From an uncultured Methanosarcinales archaeon (GTDB taxonomy: Archaea; Nanobdellota; Nanobdellia; Woesearchaeales; GW2011-AR4), in the NCBI GenBank assembly GCA_964438385.1, contig CAYTKI010000011.1, positions 48,739-112,738 of the forward strand: DNA of 64,000 nt, in the 5' to 3' direction. Positions 47,759-57,225 of this stretch are shown piece by piece (the first letter of the stretch is position 1; each line of letters starts with the position of its first letter). Below the pieces are notes generated by a model. That model ran no database searches. It was not told the origin of the DNA and saw only the letters and a program-made list of their open reading frames with translations. Position numbers and translations under genes: made by a program.

Positions 47759-47999
47759 GAACCTGGAAGAAAATGTAAGAAAGACAGTGGAAACAGTCAT
47801 GGGTGTTGATATCGGGGCTATGGACAGTGAAACTAAGTTTAGTAGCATCTCCGCATGGGATTCATTCAACAACCTCATGCTCATTTCCAAGTTTGAGGAG
47901 GAGTACAATGTGCGCTTCACCGCAGTAGAGATCGAGCAGACGCAGACAGTGGGCGATCTGCTTATCTTGATGGAGAGAAAAGTCGAAAAAGCGCAATAA
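47751..47999 (+). CDS. Acyl carrier protein (copy 2)
   Basis: 82 aa. SAWDSFNNLMLISKFEEEY is a DSL-type phosphopantetheine attachment site plus helix II. Homologous to the 15881..16099 ORF. Confidence 0.6.
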   Translation: MDKNLEENVRKTVETVMGVDIGAMDSETKFSSISAWDSFNNLMLISKFEEEYNVRFTAVEIEQTQTVGDLLILMERKVEKAQ

Positions 48000-48069
48000 T
48001 TCCTTTGTATCCTGGGAGGGAGTTGAATCCAAAATTAGTTGTCAGGAATTGGTTGGTTATTCCCTTCCC

Positions 48070-50151
48070 TTAGCCCTTTGAAACAGCAAGCACGACCATG
48101 CCCTGGTTCTGGAATGCCGGGGTGAATTTTTGGCTGGAGATGAGCTCCTGCACTTTCATGTTTGTTGCGTTCATGCCGAATTTGCGCGCGGCCTGCCCAT
48201 CAATGACAACGTATTCATAGTTGTGCTGCGCAGCCCAATCGTGGATTTCCTGTGCTGATAAATTAAAGCCGTTTTTCTCAAAATCCTTTATCTCAGGGCA
48301 CCATGCGCAGGTATATTTGTCAAAGGCAAGTAGAAGCGCATCATTGGAGAACGAAAAGATCGCGGAATTTGTAGGCAATGCCTGGTGCAGCCACAGGTAG
48401 CCGGATATCTCTTCATTTGACGTCCAGAAACCCCCTGGCCCCCATTGCGCCGTATTGACGGCATATTTCTGGACAAATGATGTCTGGATGATCCCATAGC
48501 CAAGCAGTGCGATAAGAATGCTCGAGCCAACAAGCGCGATAGCGGGGTTTGAGATGCTGCGAATTGATGATCGGGCTAAAGTCAAAAGTGTAAAAATACC
48601 TTCCCCGGCAAGAATCGCGACGGGAATTGCAAGCAGCATCCACGCTCGGAAGGGGGAGAGCCGAAGAGCAAAGGGGGAGGCGTTCACGGCGTAAAAGCTG
48701 AAGGCAAGCCAGCCAAGGGAAAGCAAAAGGTGCGTATCGCCAAAATCCTTGTTCTTCCAGCATGAGAATGCGAGCGTGACGAGGAGGAAAAGCATGATTC
48801 CAAGGAAGAATATCAAAAAGAGCTGGTCAGTGAAGAATTCCATGAAAGGGATGCTTCCCGGCTGAAGTTTTGCAAATGTTCTTTTTTCAGGGTATTTGAC
48901 ATAGGACTTCCACAGGATGAGGATGATAAAAAGGAAGAGTGCGGGAAAAACAAGCAGAATTGGCTTCGCGTGCTGGGTTATTTCCGTTCTGTATTTGAAA
49001 AAAAGAACTGTCAGTGAAAACGTGAGAAGAAGAGTGATTACGAGCCCAAGCCCGGTGGGATTATTGATGAGGTTTTGACTCTGCGCAAAGAGAAAATCTG
49101 AAAGGTAATATTGGCGATCCGCAGTGCCGCTTACTGAAATCGCATCAGAGGCATTGGAGAGCCCAAGTCCTGCGAGCGTGCCGGAAAGTCCGTGGCGGAC
49201 TAGTGCAGGAAGCCACCACAGCAAAAAGGAAAGGAATATTCCTAGTAACGCCGCTGCATATTCATTCCAAAGAAACCTGCGCGCAGCAAGTGTCCTGATG
49301 CCTATCCAGATAATGAGAAAAAATCCAAAGTAGGCGCTGTGGCTCGGGGAGGTGGTGAGCGTCGCAAAAATGAGAACTGCCGCACTTATGCCCCACCACT
49401 TATCTTCCCGCATGCGCTCAAGGCAGTAGAATGAAGTGAAGAAAAGAGGCATGGTGAGCGCAATCGCCCAGATGAAATGGCTCATGAACGCAGGCAGGGC
49501 AAAGAGTGCAAACGCGGAAAAAAATGCTTTCTTCGAGCTTGAGGTGAGCTGGCGCACAAGGAAATAGAAGATGATGATGTAGAGGGATATAATGAGCGCG
49601 TTGAAAAACTTAAGCGTCCAGTAGAGGGAGTCATTGGTCTGGTGTATTACTCCCATCACCATATCATACGCGGGTGGATAAGGGTCCATATAGCGAAGCG
49701 ACGCTCCCTCTGGGCGAAACAGTGACTTCTCCAATGAGACATATTTTGCACCGACCGCATGTCCCCAGGGATCGTCATCTTCAAGGTAGGGATAGGCAAA
49801 CGCGCCCTTGTGGTACATAAAAAAGGTGAGGCTAAAGAGAATAAGCATTCCGATGATGTAAGGATTGATGTTGAAGGAAATTGGAACTGCAAGGAGTTTC
49901 TTTGTTTTCCATAATCTGAATCCGAATGCCATGATGATTCCAGTTAATGTGATGGTAAGGAAAATTCGGTAATCGATTGGAACGTGCAGCAGATTGAGTA
50001 GGTATCCTAGCGAGACAAGTCCCCCCAGGCCGATTCCCAGGCGCATAAGATGCCGCTCAAGAAAGCTCTCAGAGTTCTTTGCGGAAAATGTCAGCAGATA
50101 GCCAAGGCCGTAGCAGAGCGCAAGGAAGACGATGATGCTGAGGGGATACAT
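48070..50151 (-). CDS. Polytopic GT-C-fold glycosyltransferase (PMT/ArnT/AglB-like)
   Basis: 693 aa, >14 TM helices, acidic first-loop motif YPYLEDDDPWGHA. Confidence 0.5.
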   Translation of the reverse strand: MYPLSIIVFLALCYGLGYLLTFSAKNSESFLERHLMRLGIGLGGLVSLGYLLNLLHVPIDYRIFLTITLTGIIMAFGFRLWKTKKLLAVPISFNINPYIIGMLILFSLTFFMYHKGAFAYPYLEDDDPWGHAVGAKYVSLEKSLFRPEGASLRYMDPYPPAYDMVMGVIHQTNDSLYWTLKFFNALIISLYIIIFYFLVRQLTSSSKKAFFSAFALFALPAFMSHFIWAIALTMPLFFTSFYCLERMREDKWWGISAAVLIFATLTTSPSHSAYFGFFLIIWIGIRTLAARRFLWNEYAAALLGIFLSFLLWWLPALVRHGLSGTLAGLGLSNASDAISVSGTADRQYYLSDFLFAQSQNLINNPTGLGLVITLLLTFSLTVLFFKYRTEITQHAKPILLVFPALFLFIILILWKSYVKYPEKRTFAKLQPGSIPFMEFFTDQLFLIFFLGIMLFLLVTLAFSCWKNKDFGDTHLLLSLGWLAFSFYAVNASPFALRLSPFRAWMLLAIPVAILAGEGIFTLLTLARSSIRSISNPAIALVGSSILIALLGYGIIQTSFVQKYAVNTAQWGPGGFWTSNEEISGYLWLHQALPTNSAIFSFSNDALLLAFDKYTCAWCPEIKDFEKNGFNLSAQEIHDWAAQHNYEYVVIDGQAARKFGMNATNMKVQELISSQKFTPAFQNQGMVVLAVSKG

Positions 50152-50207
50152 TTCAAAAAATAAGGAAATTGTGTTTAAGAAGTTTTTGCTTTGTGCCTTG
50201 TTCGGAT

Positions 50208-50930
50208 TTATTTTTTCTTCAGGATGAAAACAAAAGTTGGCGTGAAGGGGGTGAGCAGCTTGAGGAGCGGAAATGGTACTAATTTAATTGCTTTCTGGAG
50301 ATAGGGATAGGCATCGACGCCATAGCGCGAGGGGTATTTCATGAGCCGGGGGGTGATATCAACCATATCAAAATGAGGGCGTGCAATCTTTTTAAGGGAA
50401 AGGTAGGATAGAGAATATATGTCCCAGTTTTCTTTTTTCCTTGCCCATCTGATGTAATGCGCTGCAATTTTTGCCGGGAGCCAGGTGATGAAAGGGAGCT
50501 TGTAGTGCGGATCCATCACCCACCACCGATTCGGAGTCGCAAGATACAGGATCCCTTTTTTTTTAAGCACGCGATGAATTTCGGAGAGATGGGTTTTTTG
50601 GTTTGGGATATGTTCAAGGACATGGTTGGAGAGCGCGATGTCAAAAGTATTATTTTTAAAGGGGAGCTTTTCGCTTGGGATTTTCCTGAATTCATAGCCC
50701 TTTTTTGAGGTGCGCTCATCATACAAATCGACGCTCACCGCCTTCTTAGTATGCCTTGCTATCCTTGCGATAATATGGCCGGAGCCGGTTCCGATGTCTA
50801 GCAGCAGGGAGGTTGTGAGATTCTTGTGCTCGCGAAGGACGCTGAGTATTTTCTGCGCTTTTTTATCCCTGCTCGCCCCATCGAGCCGTGCGTGAGAGGT
50901 ATCTGATTTTATCGCCTTTTGTAGTGCCAT
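50208..50930 (-). CDS. Class I SAM-dependent methyltransferase
   Basis: LLLDIGTGSGHI (motif I), DIALSNHVLEHI. Confidence 0.75.
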   Translation of the reverse strand: MALQKAIKSDTSHARLDGASRDKKAQKILSVLREHKNLTTSLLLDIGTGSGHIIARIARHTKKAVSVDLYDERTSKKGYEFRKIPSEKLPFKNNTFDIALSNHVLEHIPNQKTHLSEIHRVLKKKGILYLATPNRWWVMDPHYKLPFITWLPAKIAAHYIRWARKKENWDIYSLSYLSLKKIARPHFDMVDITPRLMKYPSRYGVDAYPYLQKAIKLVPFPLLKLLTPFTPTFVFILKKK

Positions 50931-51044
50931 TGCACCATTTGCATTGTTGTTATTCTTAAAGATTTGCTGAATTGTGTAAAAATCTTCTTTGGAATATTTT
51001 CTTCTGGTAGAAATATATTTAAACCATCCTCCATTGGTCTCCCT

Positions 51045-51935
51045 ATGCTCATCATCATCACCATTCCCGCCTACAATGAAGGCAAGACCCTAGGTGCGAT
51101 CATCCGCGAGATTAAAAGGGTGATGGATGGATCTTCCTATGGCTACAAGTACAAGGTGCTGGTCGTGGATGACGGATCGCAGGACGACACCGCAGAGGTT
51201 GCAAGAAAAGCGGGCGCAGTTGTGCAGTCCCATCCCAGGAATTGCGGGCTTGCTGAGACATTCAGAACAGAAGTGAAAAAGAGTGTTGATCTGGGAGCGG
51301 ATATCATCGTCCATATTGATGCTGACGGCCAATACCTCCCAAAAGAAATTCCCCTTCTTATCAAGGAAGTACAGGAGGGAAATGACCTTGTCCTGGGGAG
51401 CAGGTTCAAGGGGACAATTGAGCACATGTCCCTGACGAAAAGATGGGGTAATAAGGCGTTCTCAAGGGTAATATCTCATATCACCGGCGTTCAGATTTCA
51501 GATGGGCAGACCGGGTTTCGCGCATTTACAAAGGAAGTGGCAAAGCGGGTGGATATCATCTCAAGCCACACCTACACCCAGGAGCAGATTATCAAGGCAG
51601 TCCGTGAGAAATTCAGGGTGAAGGAAGTCCCTATATATTTTGCCAGGCGCAAGGACAAGAGCAGGCTCATCAGTAATCCCTTTGAATACGCGCTCAAGGC
51701 ATGGATAAACATCCTGCGTATCTACCGCGATTACGAGCCGTTGAGGTTTTTTGGCATGAGTGGCGGCTTGATTTTCTGCCTCGGTTTTCTTCTGGGGCTC
51801 TATCTGGTGTACATCCAGTTCTTCGGTGAGGGGGTAAATCGCCATTTCGGACTCATGATGATGGATATCCTCATCCTCAGTATAGGTCTGCAGCTCATCA
51901 TTTTCGGCTTCCTTGCAGATATGCAAAAAAAGTGA
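51045..51935 (+). CDS. GT2 polyprenyl-phosphate glycosyltransferase (Dpm1-like) with C-terminal TM helices, copy 3
   Basis: IIITIPAYNEG...VVDDGSQDDT...HIDADGQY...GSRF, then two C-terminal TM helices. Start set at the in-frame ATG at 51045, which is preceded by ATATATTTAAA. Confidence 0.8.
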   Translation: MLIIITIPAYNEGKTLGAIIREIKRVMDGSSYGYKYKVLVVDDGSQDDTAEVARKAGAVVQSHPRNCGLAETFRTEVKKSVDLGADIIVHIDADGQYLPKEIPLLIKEVQEGNDLVLGSRFKGTIEHMSLTKRWGNKAFSRVISHITGVQISDGQTGFRAFTKEVAKRVDIISSHTYTQEQIIKAVREKFRVKEVPIYFARRKDKSRLISNPFEYALKAWINILRIYRDYEPLRFFGMSGGLIFCLGFLLGLYLVYIQFFGEGVNRHFGLMMMDILILSIGLQLIIFGFLADMQKK

Positions 51936-51939
51936 TCCC

Positions 51940-52581
51940 ATGTTTTTCCTGATCAATGTGCAGATGAGGCGGCAATGGCGCGGCCTGTTTTCAAGGTCTG
52001 ACCGGATTCTTGACATCGGCTGCGGAGATGCCCCAAGGTATCATCGGTATTTCTCAGGTAAAGTTGTGTGCGCAGACATCATCCCGACAAGGGCTTCGCA
52101 TCTTGTGTCCAAAGCAGAATCACTGCCGCTTAGGAGCAGATCCTTTGATGGGATCGTCTGCGTGAATTCCCTCTATTGTTATGGTAATCCTGGGATGGCG
52201 CTTGGGGAGTTCAAGAGGGTTCTCAGAGAGAAGGGCATCCTTGTTCTTGTGACACCGTTCATGTATCCCATCCATGATGCGCCATATGACAAATACCGCT
52301 TTACCAGATATGGCCTCGAAGAGCTGCTGAGAAAGGATTTCATGGTGCAGAAAATGGTTCCTGTGGGTGGCGTCTTTAGCATTCCCTTGGTCCTTGTGCA
52401 TTCCATTCGGAAAGGGGTGCCGCTCCTTGCTCCAAGATCAGCAAGGGTAATAGTTGGACTCTTAAGCACTGTCGTATTTTTTATTCCGGGAATAGTGGCA
52501 GAAATTTTTAGTATCCTTGATGTGCTGGATAGAAGCGGCAGATGGCCGGTGTATTATTTTACCATCGCAAGGAAAAAATAA
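51940..52581 (+). CDS. Class I SAM-dependent methyltransferase
   Basis: ILDIGCGDAP (motif I), DGIVCVNSLYCY. Start taken at the first Met after the upstream stop. Confidence 0.65.
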   Translation: MFFLINVQMRRQWRGLFSRSDRILDIGCGDAPRYHRYFSGKVVCADIIPTRASHLVSKAESLPLRSRSFDGIVCVNSLYCYGNPGMALGEFKRVLREKGILVLVTPFMYPIHDAPYDKYRFTRYGLEELLRKDFMVQKMVPVGGVFSIPLVLVHSIRKGVPLLAPRSARVIVGLLSTVVFFIPGIVAEIFSILDVLDRSGRWPVYYFTIARKK

Positions 52582-52592
52582 GGAAGCATCAT

Positions 52593-53702
52593 CTATCGGG
52601 AATACATCTTGCGTGCATTCTCAACCGTCACAAATTTCACACCTGAGAATTGTTTCACAAAAAGTATAAATTTCTCGATATCGGAAAGTACCTGCGTCTT
52701 CTTTCCATCCTGCATCGTGGCTTCGCAGCTGTGCGTGGTCACGACAAAGGGAAATGGCCTCTCTGAGCGATCTGTTTGGTGATAATACTCAAGGAACGCA
52801 TTGCTGAGCAGGGCAGAATATTGCGGGTCCGCTCGCATGATTTTTCCGAAGAAGGAGAAAGTCGCGATTGGAATCTCCAGGGTCTGTTTTTTTCCTTTTT
52901 GGGTTTTAATTGGTGCTTTTTTCCAGTTATTGCCTTCCCTTGTTGATTGGTAGTCGGTAGTGCTTAATAGCCAGGGATAATGTTCCTTCGCCTTACTCCA
53001 GTCATATTTTCTTCCATCATCCAAATGCCCCTTAATCCCAGGAGTTGCGGAGCTGTCAACCAATAGTCCTGCCTCGTTGATCGCTTTTGCGCCTTCGGTA
53101 TTGAGCGCCCAATTCCCCCAGCGGATACTTGTAATTTTTTCACCATTCTTCCCAATAAGGTTCGTATTCTCTTTTCCTAAGTGTGTTCCAATAATTTTCC
53201 TGGAGGTATCGATAAATTCAAGCAATTGCTTTTCATCATGGAAAAAGCAGCTCGTTGCGGGGAATGACTGTCCCAATTCTTTTTGAAGCGCCTTATCGGA
53301 ATCAGGATGGAGATGCAATCCGATCTCATGGCCATCCCTAAGAAGTCCAAAAAGTTCAGCCATAATCCTCTTGTAATCTTCTCCTTGAGCTGAAAAGCAG
53401 TGCGTAGAGAGAAAAAACGTCGCCTCCACCCCATGCCTCTTGAATAGTTCCCGTAGGTTTTTGATGCCAGCGTAGTATCCCAAATAGGCATCCGGCGCTT
53501 CCTTCTGCCACACTCTTCTCTGGTTCACGGCAACATAGCCGGATTCAGTATCGATTGTGAGGGAAATCAAAAAGGGTTTTTTGTTTGGTTTCTTTGGTGA
53601 TTTTTTTATGTAAGGGATGGAGACGCCAAAAGAAAGGCCGCGCGCAATTGCCCCTCCAAGCTTGGTCATGGAAAAGCGATAGGCGAGCAGCTTAAGGCTC
53701 AT
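52593..53702 (-). CDS. Polysaccharide deacetylase-like (divergent CE4/NodB-like) protein
   Basis: LTIDTESG (TFDDG-like), HEIGLHLH (His motif), RWGNW. Divergent, hence modest confidence. Confidence 0.45.
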   Translation of the reverse strand: MSLKLLAYRFSMTKLGGAIARGLSFGVSIPYIKKSPKKPNKKPFLISLTIDTESGYVAVNQRRVWQKEAPDAYLGYYAGIKNLRELFKRHGVEATFFLSTHCFSAQGEDYKRIMAELFGLLRDGHEIGLHLHPDSDKALQKELGQSFPATSCFFHDEKQLLEFIDTSRKIIGTHLGKENTNLIGKNGEKITSIRWGNWALNTEGAKAINEAGLLVDSSATPGIKGHLDDGRKYDWSKAKEHYPWLLSTTDYQSTREGNNWKKAPIKTQKGKKQTLEIPIATFSFFGKIMRADPQYSALLSNAFLEYYHQTDRSERPFPFVVTTHSCEATMQDGKKTQVLSDIEKFILFVKQFSGVKFVTVENARKMYSR

Positions 53703-54907
53703 CTGAGCACCTCCCCATACACTTCAGCGAATTTCTTTGAGACAAATTTCCATGAGTAGTTCTTCTTGACGGACTCCCGCGCGCACTTTCCAAGCACCTT
53801 CGCTTTTTTGGGGCTGTAGAGGAGAGAGGAGATGGCATGTGAGAGCTCCTTTGGATTTTTTTGCTCAATAAGAATGCCATTCTTCCCATTGGAAACAACT
53901 GTTGGGATGCCGCCGACATTTGTCCCGACAACCGCGCAGCCAGAGGCCATGGCTTCCAAAAGTGAGAGTCCTAAGGCCTCTGTTCCGGTCTCATTCGAAA
54001 GGGCTGGCAAAACAAACACATCGCAGATATTATGAAAATAGGCAATCTCATCCTGCTGCAATGCGCCGAGAAATTTTACCGCGCCATTCACTTTTTTTTC
54101 AGTAATTTTCTCCTCAAGTTCCTGCCTGTAAGGCCCATCACCTATGATTAGCAAGAGGGAGTTCTTGTGTTTCTTAAGGATTGCAGGCATGGCCTCGATG
54201 AGATACTGCACTCCCTTCTGATCGCTCAGTCTGCCAACAAAGAGGATAATCTTCTTGCCTTTGTATTCGGGCGGCTTTGCAATCTTTCTTGGCTTGAAGC
54301 AATCGGTATTGACACCCATGGGGATCAGGATGGTCTTTTTCTTCGCTTCTGGAAATCTTCTCAGCAGCTCTTCCTGTGTTGCCGCACTGTTCACCGTTAT
54401 CAAATCCGCCTTCTTCACTACGTTTTTCTGCAATTTCAAAAATATGCTATTTTTCAATGGAAATAAATCACTCCCATGGATGGTTACAATGAGCGGTTTT
54501 CCCGTTAGTCTCTTGAGCCACGTTCCAACAACTCCTTGGGGGAGTATCCAATGCGCGTGGATAAACTCGATGTTTTTTTCCCCCATTATATACCACGCAG
54601 AAAAGAACTCGGAAATAATCAAAAGAGGCAATTGCATTTTTGCAAGGAAGCTCTTCCCCATATTAGGGATAATCCCGCCGCCATAGCACAGCTTCTGTAG
54701 CGATTCCGGCTTGAAATAGGAAAAGCGGTGCACATCAAGATTTCCCATAACCTCCTGCTTCTTCGCTCCAGGATGGTGAGGCGCAAGGATCGTCATAGCA
54801 TAGGAAGAAGTAAGTCGTTCAGAAAGTTCAAGGACAAATCGTGGCGTGGTGTCGTTCACCCAGCGCGGAAAGGTCGTTGCCAGCGCAAGAACCCTTGGTT
54901 TTGCCAT
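53699..54907 (-). CDS. GT4-family glycosyltransferase
   Basis: GT-B fold. ...ILFVGRLSDQKGVQYLIEA...LLIIGDGP...VFVLPALSNETGTEALGLSLLEAMASGCAVVGT (EX7E). Confidence 0.85.
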   Translation of the reverse strand: MAKPRVLALATTFPRWVNDTTPRFVLELSERLTSSYAMTILAPHHPGAKKQEVMGNLDVHRFSYFKPESLQKLCYGGGIIPNMGKSFLAKMQLPLLIISEFFSAWYIMGEKNIEFIHAHWILPQGVVGTWLKRLTGKPLIVTIHGSDLFPLKNSIFLKLQKNVVKKADLITVNSAATQEELLRRFPEAKKKTILIPMGVNTDCFKPRKIAKPPEYKGKKIILFVGRLSDQKGVQYLIEAMPAILKKHKNSLLLIIGDGPYRQELEEKITEKKVNGAVKFLGALQQDEIAYFHNICDVFVLPALSNETGTEALGLSLLEAMASGCAVVGTNVGGIPTVVSNGKNGILIEQKNPKELSHAISSLLYSPKKAKVLGKCARESVKKNYSWKFVSKKFAEVYGEVLR

Positions 54908-54955
54908 GCCACAGCAAGAGCAAATCCGCTTTAAAAAAGTATGGTCGGGTTTCCT

Positions 54956-55264
54956 TCAATTCAAAAAATACGAGAAGATTATTTTCTGTTCTTGAATTTT
55001 TTTTGCGAGATATGCCGATAGAATAGAGAAGAGAATAATGAAAGGCGAAAGGAGTAATAGGACAAAAACAATCCATAAGTTCAATGAATCAATGAAATAA
55101 GACTTCACGATAAAAAATACAATGATACTTCCCCATAAAATTGTGCTTGCCATCACTCCTCGGAAAATATGTCTATTCTCCGGCCAGTAAGAAACTATAA
55201 AGCTAGGTAGTAATGGGAGGATATAAAACATCCAATCGAATGTGCCACGAAAATAATATGTCAA
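54956..55264 (-). CDS. Possible small membrane protein (low confidence)
   Basis: 102-aa ORF with 2-3 hydrophobic segments in a very AT-rich spacer. Could be non-coding. Confidence 0.2.
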   Translation of the reverse strand: MTYYFRGTFDWMFYILPLLPSFIVSYWPENRHIFRGVMASTILWGSIIVFFIVKSYFIDSLNLWIVFVLLLLSPFIILFSILSAYLAKKIQEQKIIFSYFLN

Positions 55265-55399
55265 AAAAAACTAAGAGAGATGATGAAACGACAATAATTC
55301 CCAGTCATATGTTCTTTGAGAAGTGTTACCCTTTGCAGTGATTGTTAGTGGGTTTGCCATCTGAAGTAAACCTTCAAAATAGAGGAAAAAAGGGAAACC

Positions 55400-55723
55400 C
55401 TACTCCTTCCCTTCATCCTTCTCAGAGTATGCAGGAACTGCAGCCCGGGAAATTATCATGATATCTCCCATGCTCTTCACAAGCTGGTGCGGGACAATTA
55501 CCCCTTTTGCAGAGCCGAGGACCTTATTGAGAAACGAGCTCTTGGTCGCCCGAACCCTCCAGGCATGGATTTTATTCTTGGTCAAAATAAGCTCCTCAAC
55601 ATCGCCAAAATACTCTCCGTTGTCCGTAAAGACCTTCATGTCATAGCATTCAGAAATGGGTTTCATTTTCAGCATATGTCTCACCTTACTACTTCTTTTA
55701 AATCTACCTATTTTTCTAACCAC
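55400..55723 (-). CDS. PRC-barrel domain protein
   Basis: VFTDNGEYFGDVEELILTKNKIHAWRV fits the PRC-barrel GxxVxdxxGxxiGxVxDl pattern. The start is probably an internal Met. Confidence 0.5.
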   Translation of the reverse strand: MVRKIGRFKRSSKVRHMLKMKPISECYDMKVFTDNGEYFGDVEELILTKNKIHAWRVRATKSSFLNKVLGSAKGVIVPHQLVKSMGDIMIISRAAVPAYSEKDEGKE

Positions 55724-55840
55724 TGGATAGTATTTAAACTTTTTGCTTGGGTTGGCTTGTAGGTGGGTTTGTGGTGTATTTTTAGGGGAGGGATCTTATT
55801 GTGTGCGCCTAATATACCAGAAACTTTTCTACCCTCCGAT

Positions 55841-56602
55841 ATGAATAGGAAGGGAATCATTAAAAATAAGGTTTCTGTCCCAGCCAGTATGGTAATAACC
55901 ATCATAGGCACCTCCCACATCGCAAAGCAGAGCATAAAGGATGTGCAGGAGGCGATAGAGCAGGGAAAGCCCGATATCATTGCATTGGAGCTGGATAGAA
56001 AGCGCCTGCCTGCGCTCTTAGCAAAGGAGAGGCAGAAGGTAAGAATATCGGACATCGGAAGGATTGGGATCAAGGGGTTTCTCTTCGCTGCTTTGGGGAG
56101 CTGGGCAGAGCGAAAGCTTGGCGAGTCAGTCGGAGTAAAACCGGGAGCTGAGATGAAGCTGGCGTTTCGGCTTGCGAAGAAAAACAGCATCAGGATTGCC
56201 CTAATTGATCAGGATATTGACATCACCCTCAGGCGCATATCAACAAGTTTGACCTGGAAGGAGAAGTTCCGCTTCCTAGGAGATGTATGCGGTGGGTTTT
56301 TCGGCAAAAAGCATGATTTTTTGTTTGATCTTAGCACAGTCCCAAAAAATGAGCTCATAGCAAGGATGCTCGAAAAAGTGCGTACGAGATATCCAAGCAT
56401 CCATCGGGTGTTGATTGATGAGCGCAATATGGTGATGATAAAAAACATCAAAAGGCTCAGGGATCAGAACCAGGGGAAGAAAATTCTTGTGATTGTGGGG
56501 GCAGGCCATAAAGTTGCTATTGAGGGGGCGCTCGATAAGGAAAACAATGTATCAGTATCCTATTCGCTGCCCCAAGGAATGGCTCTTTCAATGGATGGGT
56601 GA
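55841..56602 (+). CDS. TraB/PrgY/GumN-family protein
   Basis: ITIIGTSHIAKQSIKDVQEAIEQGKPDIIALELD matches the TraB-family N-terminus (GTAHVS..S...V.....PD.VavEL). Exact start uncertain. Confidence 0.6.
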   Translation: MNRKGIIKNKVSVPASMVITIIGTSHIAKQSIKDVQEAIEQGKPDIIALELDRKRLPALLAKERQKVRISDIGRIGIKGFLFAALGSWAERKLGESVGVKPGAEMKLAFRLAKKNSIRIALIDQDIDITLRRISTSLTWKEKFRFLGDVCGGFFGKKHDFLFDLSTVPKNELIARMLEKVRTRYPSIHRVLIDERNMVMIKNIKRLRDQNQGKKILVIVGAGHKVAIEGALDKENNVSVSYSLPQGMALSMDG

Positions 56603-56770
56603 GAAGTTGCCTGTTACTCATAATTTATTTTTAAGTCTATTGCATATAACGGTCCATAGAGAAAACGCGAAATGTTTTTAAACGAGGCGGCGTTCTTTGG
56701 GAAGGGTGAATGCGTGGATTCCATCGACAAATTCAAGGATTCAGAAGGGAGAATTAGCAGGGAAAATATC

Positions 56771-57211
56771 ATGAAGATTATCCCATACAACGAGCATTTC
56801 CTTTTCATAGATGAAGTGGTCTCTTTGGATAAGAAGAGGATTGTCGCAAGAAAGAAAATTACGGGAAAAGAAGATTTCCTCAAAGGTCATTTTGTGGATT
56901 TTCCAATTACCCCGGGGGCATTGATTGTCGAAGGGCTTGGCCAGGCAGCGACTCTACTCGCACGCTACAGTATTCCAAATCACCAGAAAAAAGATGTGCT
57001 CGCATACAAGATCCGCGATGCGAAATTCATGGCTCCGGTGCTTCCGGGCAGTGAGATGACCTATGAGGTGGTCTCGCAGGGGCAGATGGAGAAATTTGCC
57101 ATGATGCAGGGCAAGGTATTTGTGGATGGGAATCTCACTGCGGAAGCGTTCATGATGCTTGCGATAGTCGATCGTGATGCGTTTAGGGGTAAGCACTCCT
57201 CCGCGAAATAA
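56771..57211 (+). CDS. fabZ: 3-hydroxyacyl-thioester dehydratase (FabZ-like hot-dog fold)
   Basis: IIPYNEHFLFIDEVVSLD...GHFVDFPITPGALIVEGLGQAA matches the FabZ IPHRyPFLLiD...GHFPg.PvmPGvL..EamaQ block. Confidence 0.75.
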   Translation: MKIIPYNEHFLFIDEVVSLDKKRIVARKKITGKEDFLKGHFVDFPITPGALIVEGLGQAATLLARYSIPNHQKKDVLAYKIRDAKFMAPVLPGSEMTYEVVSQGQMEKFAMMQGKVFVDGNLTAEAFMMLAIVDRDAFRGKHSSAK

Positions 57212-57225
57212 AAGATTGTTCTTCC

